NCBI GenBank assembly: GCA_963693365.1
Contig: CAVNZM010000007.1
Span: 1,845,979-1,909,978, forward strand
DNA: 64,000 bases
Direction of reading: 5' to 3'
DNA from: Amoebidium appalachense
Lineage: Eukaryota; Protista; Ichthyosporea
The position numbers were made by a program, and so were the translations under genes. Below the pieces are notes generated by a model. It searched no databases, had not been told where the DNA came from, and saw nothing but the letters and a program-made list of their open reading frames with translations. Positions 54,704 to 64,000 of this stretch are shown here, piece by piece (position 1 is the stretch's first letter; every line of letters begins with the position of its first letter).

Positions 54704-56161
54704 AATCCCCAAATACTTGTATTCGATTGGGCGAGGGAGGGGACTGCCGAAAATACAAACGTCGTCCCATGCCGGTATCGATTTTAATCTGCATATCGTT
54801 GCGCTGGCACCAATGTTCAACCACACGAATGTATTGCCGTAGTTCGAGAGGATCGGATGACATAAGCACAATATCGTCGGCAAAAAAGAGGGCGGGGGGA
54901 GCCTGGGATGGCAACCCCCCGTCAATTTGTGCCGCAGAAAGAGTGTCGGCTAAATCATCAATATACAGGTTGAAAAGAAGAGGACTTAGTAGGGACCCTT
55001 GAAGTACCCCGCGCGTGCGGGTGAACCCTGGGGATAGCCGCCCATTAACCACCGCTCGTCCGCGTGTAAACGTAAACATAGCTTCCAGTAGCCGACCCAT
55101 TTGGAATGGGACACCGCGAGTGGCCAACTTGGCCCACAGGCGAGGGAGGTCGACCGTGTCGTACGCGTTCTTAAAATCGATAAATACGAGGTGCTCGGTA
55201 TCACTTTGAGTTGCATTATGTAGAGTGAGGATTTGTGCGTAACATGAATGTCGATGCCGAAACGCCGCCTGAAGAGGGCTCAGCTGCTTAAGGGTGGCGT
55301 TACGGGAAAAGGCCTGTAAAAGGCCACTTTCGAATAATCGGCGAAAAACGGACGTATACATATGAAGGGGGTTTTTTCCCCAAAAATATTTGTGAGCCAC
55401 ATTACATTTCTTAACCATAAAAGGCAGATTCGTAAGCCATCAACCATCTTGATTGGTGGAAAATGCACCGCCAACTTCCAAGAATGTGGACAATGGCGAA
55501 GTCGCACCTGGAGTCGAACGTGATAACCGCTATACATTATAGTGTGGGTCTCATATAGGTGCCACAATACTAGCTAAAAGCATAAAACATATTTACGATG
55601 TATGTTTTTATACGCGAAACATTGGTTGAAATGGTGGCACTTGCGCAATGCCCAGGTAAGTAGAATAATCATAAATCGTGACGATTGGCTATGCAGGTAT
55701 CACTTTCCGGCCAATCGTAATGCTTGGATGTTGACGAATCAGACAGTCGCGTCCATTGCCTGGTAACCCGGCTAACTCAACCGCACTTGCTTTCAGTGTT
55801 TACGGGAATACCGTAGCCTGAGTTTTGAAGTAAAATAGGCCAGCAGGTTTTTTATAACAAATTTAGCATAATTGCTGTTCTTTTTCCTTGCTTCACAGCG
55901 GCTGGAAAATGTTTGATTTCTTTGATCATCAATGAAGACGAAGCAACCAATCACACCGTGGCCTGTATGATTCACCCTATACTTTAGAACCGAAATGCCG
56001 GAATTTTTTTCTTATCATGACTTTATTGGTGTGCTCAAATTCTAGCTACCAAAAAAAGCCTTGCCGGGCTGCCCCTGAGAAAATGTCTTTGTTAAAGACG
56101 TAATAACAAAACCAAACTACTTGCTTCAGAAGAACAATGTAATAATCAATTTATTTTTAAG

Positions 56162-56355
56162 TGAATTCATAAATTTAGGCATTAAAACATAACCTTTGGA
56201 CTTCATTTTCACCTCGATCACTTTCCTTTCACATCATTTTTTTCCCCCGATTTTCCACTGAATTCATAAATTTAGGCATTAAAACATAACCTTTGGACTT
56301 CATTTTCACTTCGATCACTTTCCTTTCACATCATTTTTTTCCCCCGATTTTCCAC
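56162..56355. repeat. Tandem duplication, 2 x 97 bp
   Basis: 56162-56258 and 56259-56355 are nearly identical (tgaattcataaatttagg...ttttccac). Confidence 0.92.
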
Positions 56356-58353
56356 TATGACGGATATATAAGAGCTTTCGCTTCTCTCTCTTTGTGGCAA
56401 GGGGAAGTCCCACGCTGGGGAGGGACTTGCGAGCAGTTGTATTCTTGCGGGTTGAGTTCTACGACTGCCTTCGGCACGCGGTTGTGATATGCTGGTGTAC
56501 TACCTCTCTCCATCTGGTGTCATCCTCATGTTTCTCTGAAGCCCGGCATGATGGTGGTTACTATGGTGGCCGCGAGTGCTTCTCGCTTTGGGAGTTGACT
56601 GGGTCCTTGCTTGTCTCCTTCTACGTTGTCTCCATCTCTGCATCCTTCTTCAAAATGCGGCATGGCCTTGGTCACTCCGCGGCGTGCGTTTGGGGTGGGT
56701 TTGTGGCTGAGTAGGACGCCGAGAAGCTTCCCTGGTTAGCCACAATCACGAGCTTTCACTGCGGCTGTTGCTGAGCATTGCAGAACCTTTTCTCGTTGGA
56801 ACGCACACTGCTTGTGTCTTCTCTTTTGCGTGCCTTGCTACAGCTAGGCTACCTTGCTTGACTGTTAGATTTCCTAGGCAGGTTTACGTGAACTCCGGGC
56901 GGGCTTGTCTGGGACTAATCTGGTGTTCAAGCGAGTTCTGTATTTCCCAGTGCTATCGAACGACTACTCTATTGTCAGGGTTTATGGGGGGCTCTGCCAT
57001 TGGAGAAGCTTGGTCGTAGGCTCCTTACAGATTGTTGCTTAGACATCATCGTGACCAGATGGGGCAATCTAGTCTCTCTCTTGTGATCTCCCAGTTAGTT
57101 TACACCTGAGCTTCTTTCTACATCTGAGCTTCTTCTTCTCCTTCTTCTTCTTTTTTTTTTTTTTTTTTTTTTTTGTTCTTGCAGCTGTCTCCTTTCTTTG
57201 CAACTTTATTTCTGAACCTTTCCTTCCCGAGGTGACTCCTATCAGTTGTGCTGTACATATAGTACTATGCGTTACGATGTTATCTAAAGCACCATGTATT
57301 TTTTTTGGCCGATATCTTCTTTTCATGAGCGGTTTTTCTTTATCCCGGGATATCTGCTATCTCGCCTTTTCACCTTCTATGAGCACATCATTAAAGTCAT
57401 TAAAAAAAAAATTTACAACACAAGATACTATCTGGTTCTTATAGACATAGACCCCTGATCTAGGGGTAACATGCTAGCTTGCTGCCACCTCGGCTTGTCA
57501 ACTTCAAAAGTTGTCGCAGGGCCTTGTCACTCGAAACTCCGTGAGTGTAGAGGAAAGGGGATCATATAAAGGTTTCGTAGTTTAATGTGATTGCATCTAA
57601 TTTGGTGTTTTTACCCCAAAGCCCACATTTATGGCACACAAGTAGGAAGGCACAAAAACTTAGGTCAGCATTTTAAGGAGGTTTGCTCTACCCTACCCAG
57701 GCTACCCCGCGTCAGCACTTACAAACGTAGAGGCTCGCACTCTTACCCACGGATCCTGCGCATATCAATCTTTCAGCCCCCATAACCACCACGTAATTAC
57801 CGTGCTGTGCCCTTTTACCATCATCCAGGAATCTTTTTGCAAGTTAACGGGGAGCTTAGGCATGACAATTGTCTTCTAGTGTGTTATCACCGATTCGAGC
57901 TTTTGTTGGAAAAGCCCCTGAAGGGGACTATACAAAGATTCAACAGAGGTGGGTGATTCATGTGCTCCTTTCAGGTCTCCTGTTTCTCTAGCCATCATCC
58001 CTCTTTTTTCTCCCTCCTCGGACCTTCAGCTCTTCTGTCGACTTGTTTGTGCATGCTTCTTCTCTCATCTGTGCACAAGGAGTTGACATGACTCGGAAGC
58101 AATTCTTTTTATGCCATAAGTCGGTGTGTTTGTGTTTGCATGTATCGGAGATCCCGTGTGCATAACTACGTACGAATGCGCGTGCTTGGTTGTTTTGTTC
58201 ATGTGCATGACACAAAACGCTGTTGTATCTCGAGTTCGACGGCCCACAAATTTAGACGGTTGCAAAGTTATCTCATTAGACTTGACTGTGTGTGTGTTTT
58301 TTTATTTTTATTGTTGCATTGACATTCACACACGGCTTGCTTCCTTGGCCTGT

Positions 58354-58391
<38 letters not shown>

Positions 58392-58483
58392 TCCTCCCCC
58401 CGCCGCCGCCGCTCCCCCGCACTCCTGCCCTTCTCCCCTCGCCCTCTTCTCTCAACACTCCCATACATTGACGCACACACCTA

Positions 58484-58560
<77 letters not shown>

Positions 58561-58670
58561 GCACACACACATGCACGCACGCACCCACGCACACACCCAC
58601 GCACACACGCACACACGCACACACGCACACACGCACACACACTCACACGCACACACACACGCACACACAA

Positions 58671-58759
<89 letters not shown>

Positions 58760-58780
58760 CACACACACATCCACACACAC

Positions 58781-58861
<81 letters not shown>

Positions 58862-58962
58862 CACGCACACACACGCACATACACACACACACACACACAA
58901 TACTCACTAACTTTTGTTTCCCTAAAAACCGCAGCGGCCTGGTTGGCTTTCACGTCAACACC

Positions 58963-63851
<4,889 letters not shown>

Positions 63852-64000
63852 GTTAGTAACTTTAAATTTTACTGATAAAATTAAATCCCAAAATTAAACC
63901 CCATATCAGGCCCAAGTTGGTGCTTTCTTAATGTCAATTCATAAGCTAAATCCCGAAGCTACATCCCCATGTACTCCGCATATAGGCCCATGTTAGTGCC

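Larger units (their letters stand above)
50411..55560 (-). pseudogene. Decayed, 5'-truncated non-LTR retrotransposon (LINE) RT ORF interrupted by two insertions
   Basis: QAAFR, FIDFKNAYDTV, GVLQGSLLSPLLFNLYIDD, LFFADD, YKYLG in 54700-55360; C-terminal part 51405-50411 with CNMC...C. Removing both inserts restores YKYLGIPVDEWGICFKRMIDRR. Frameshift near 54770. Confidence 0.88.

Overview
Eukaryotic genomic DNA, probably from a unicellular opisthokont (inferred from the Forkhead, Hippo-like kinase and AMPK-beta genes). Introns are GT-AG and saturated with poly-C/poly-G, (CA)/(GT) and (AG) tracts, so most ORF-track entries are artefacts. Seven host genes were assembled by hand: the 3' part of an STE20/MST-Hippo-like kinase, an intronless Forkhead factor, a PWI-domain protein, the AMPK/SNF1 beta subunit, cytosolic SHMT, a Ree1/DUF1349 protein and the 5' part of UXS1. 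An intact, young Penelope-like retroelement with an N-terminal GIY-YIG endonuclease (Naiad/Chlamys type) sits in an AMPK-beta intron. It has 308-bp pseudo-LTRs and many truncated relatives inserted at C-runs. A decayed LINE is split by an ATAT-targeting piggyBac-like transposon and a solo LTR. Main hypothesis: the pseudo-LTR carries a covarying structured RNA with all hammerhead core segments (GUU, GAAAC, CUGANGA) in a scrambled, pseudoknotted order, a candidate ribozyme for a clade reported to lack canonical hammerheads. This rests on hand pairing and is untested.
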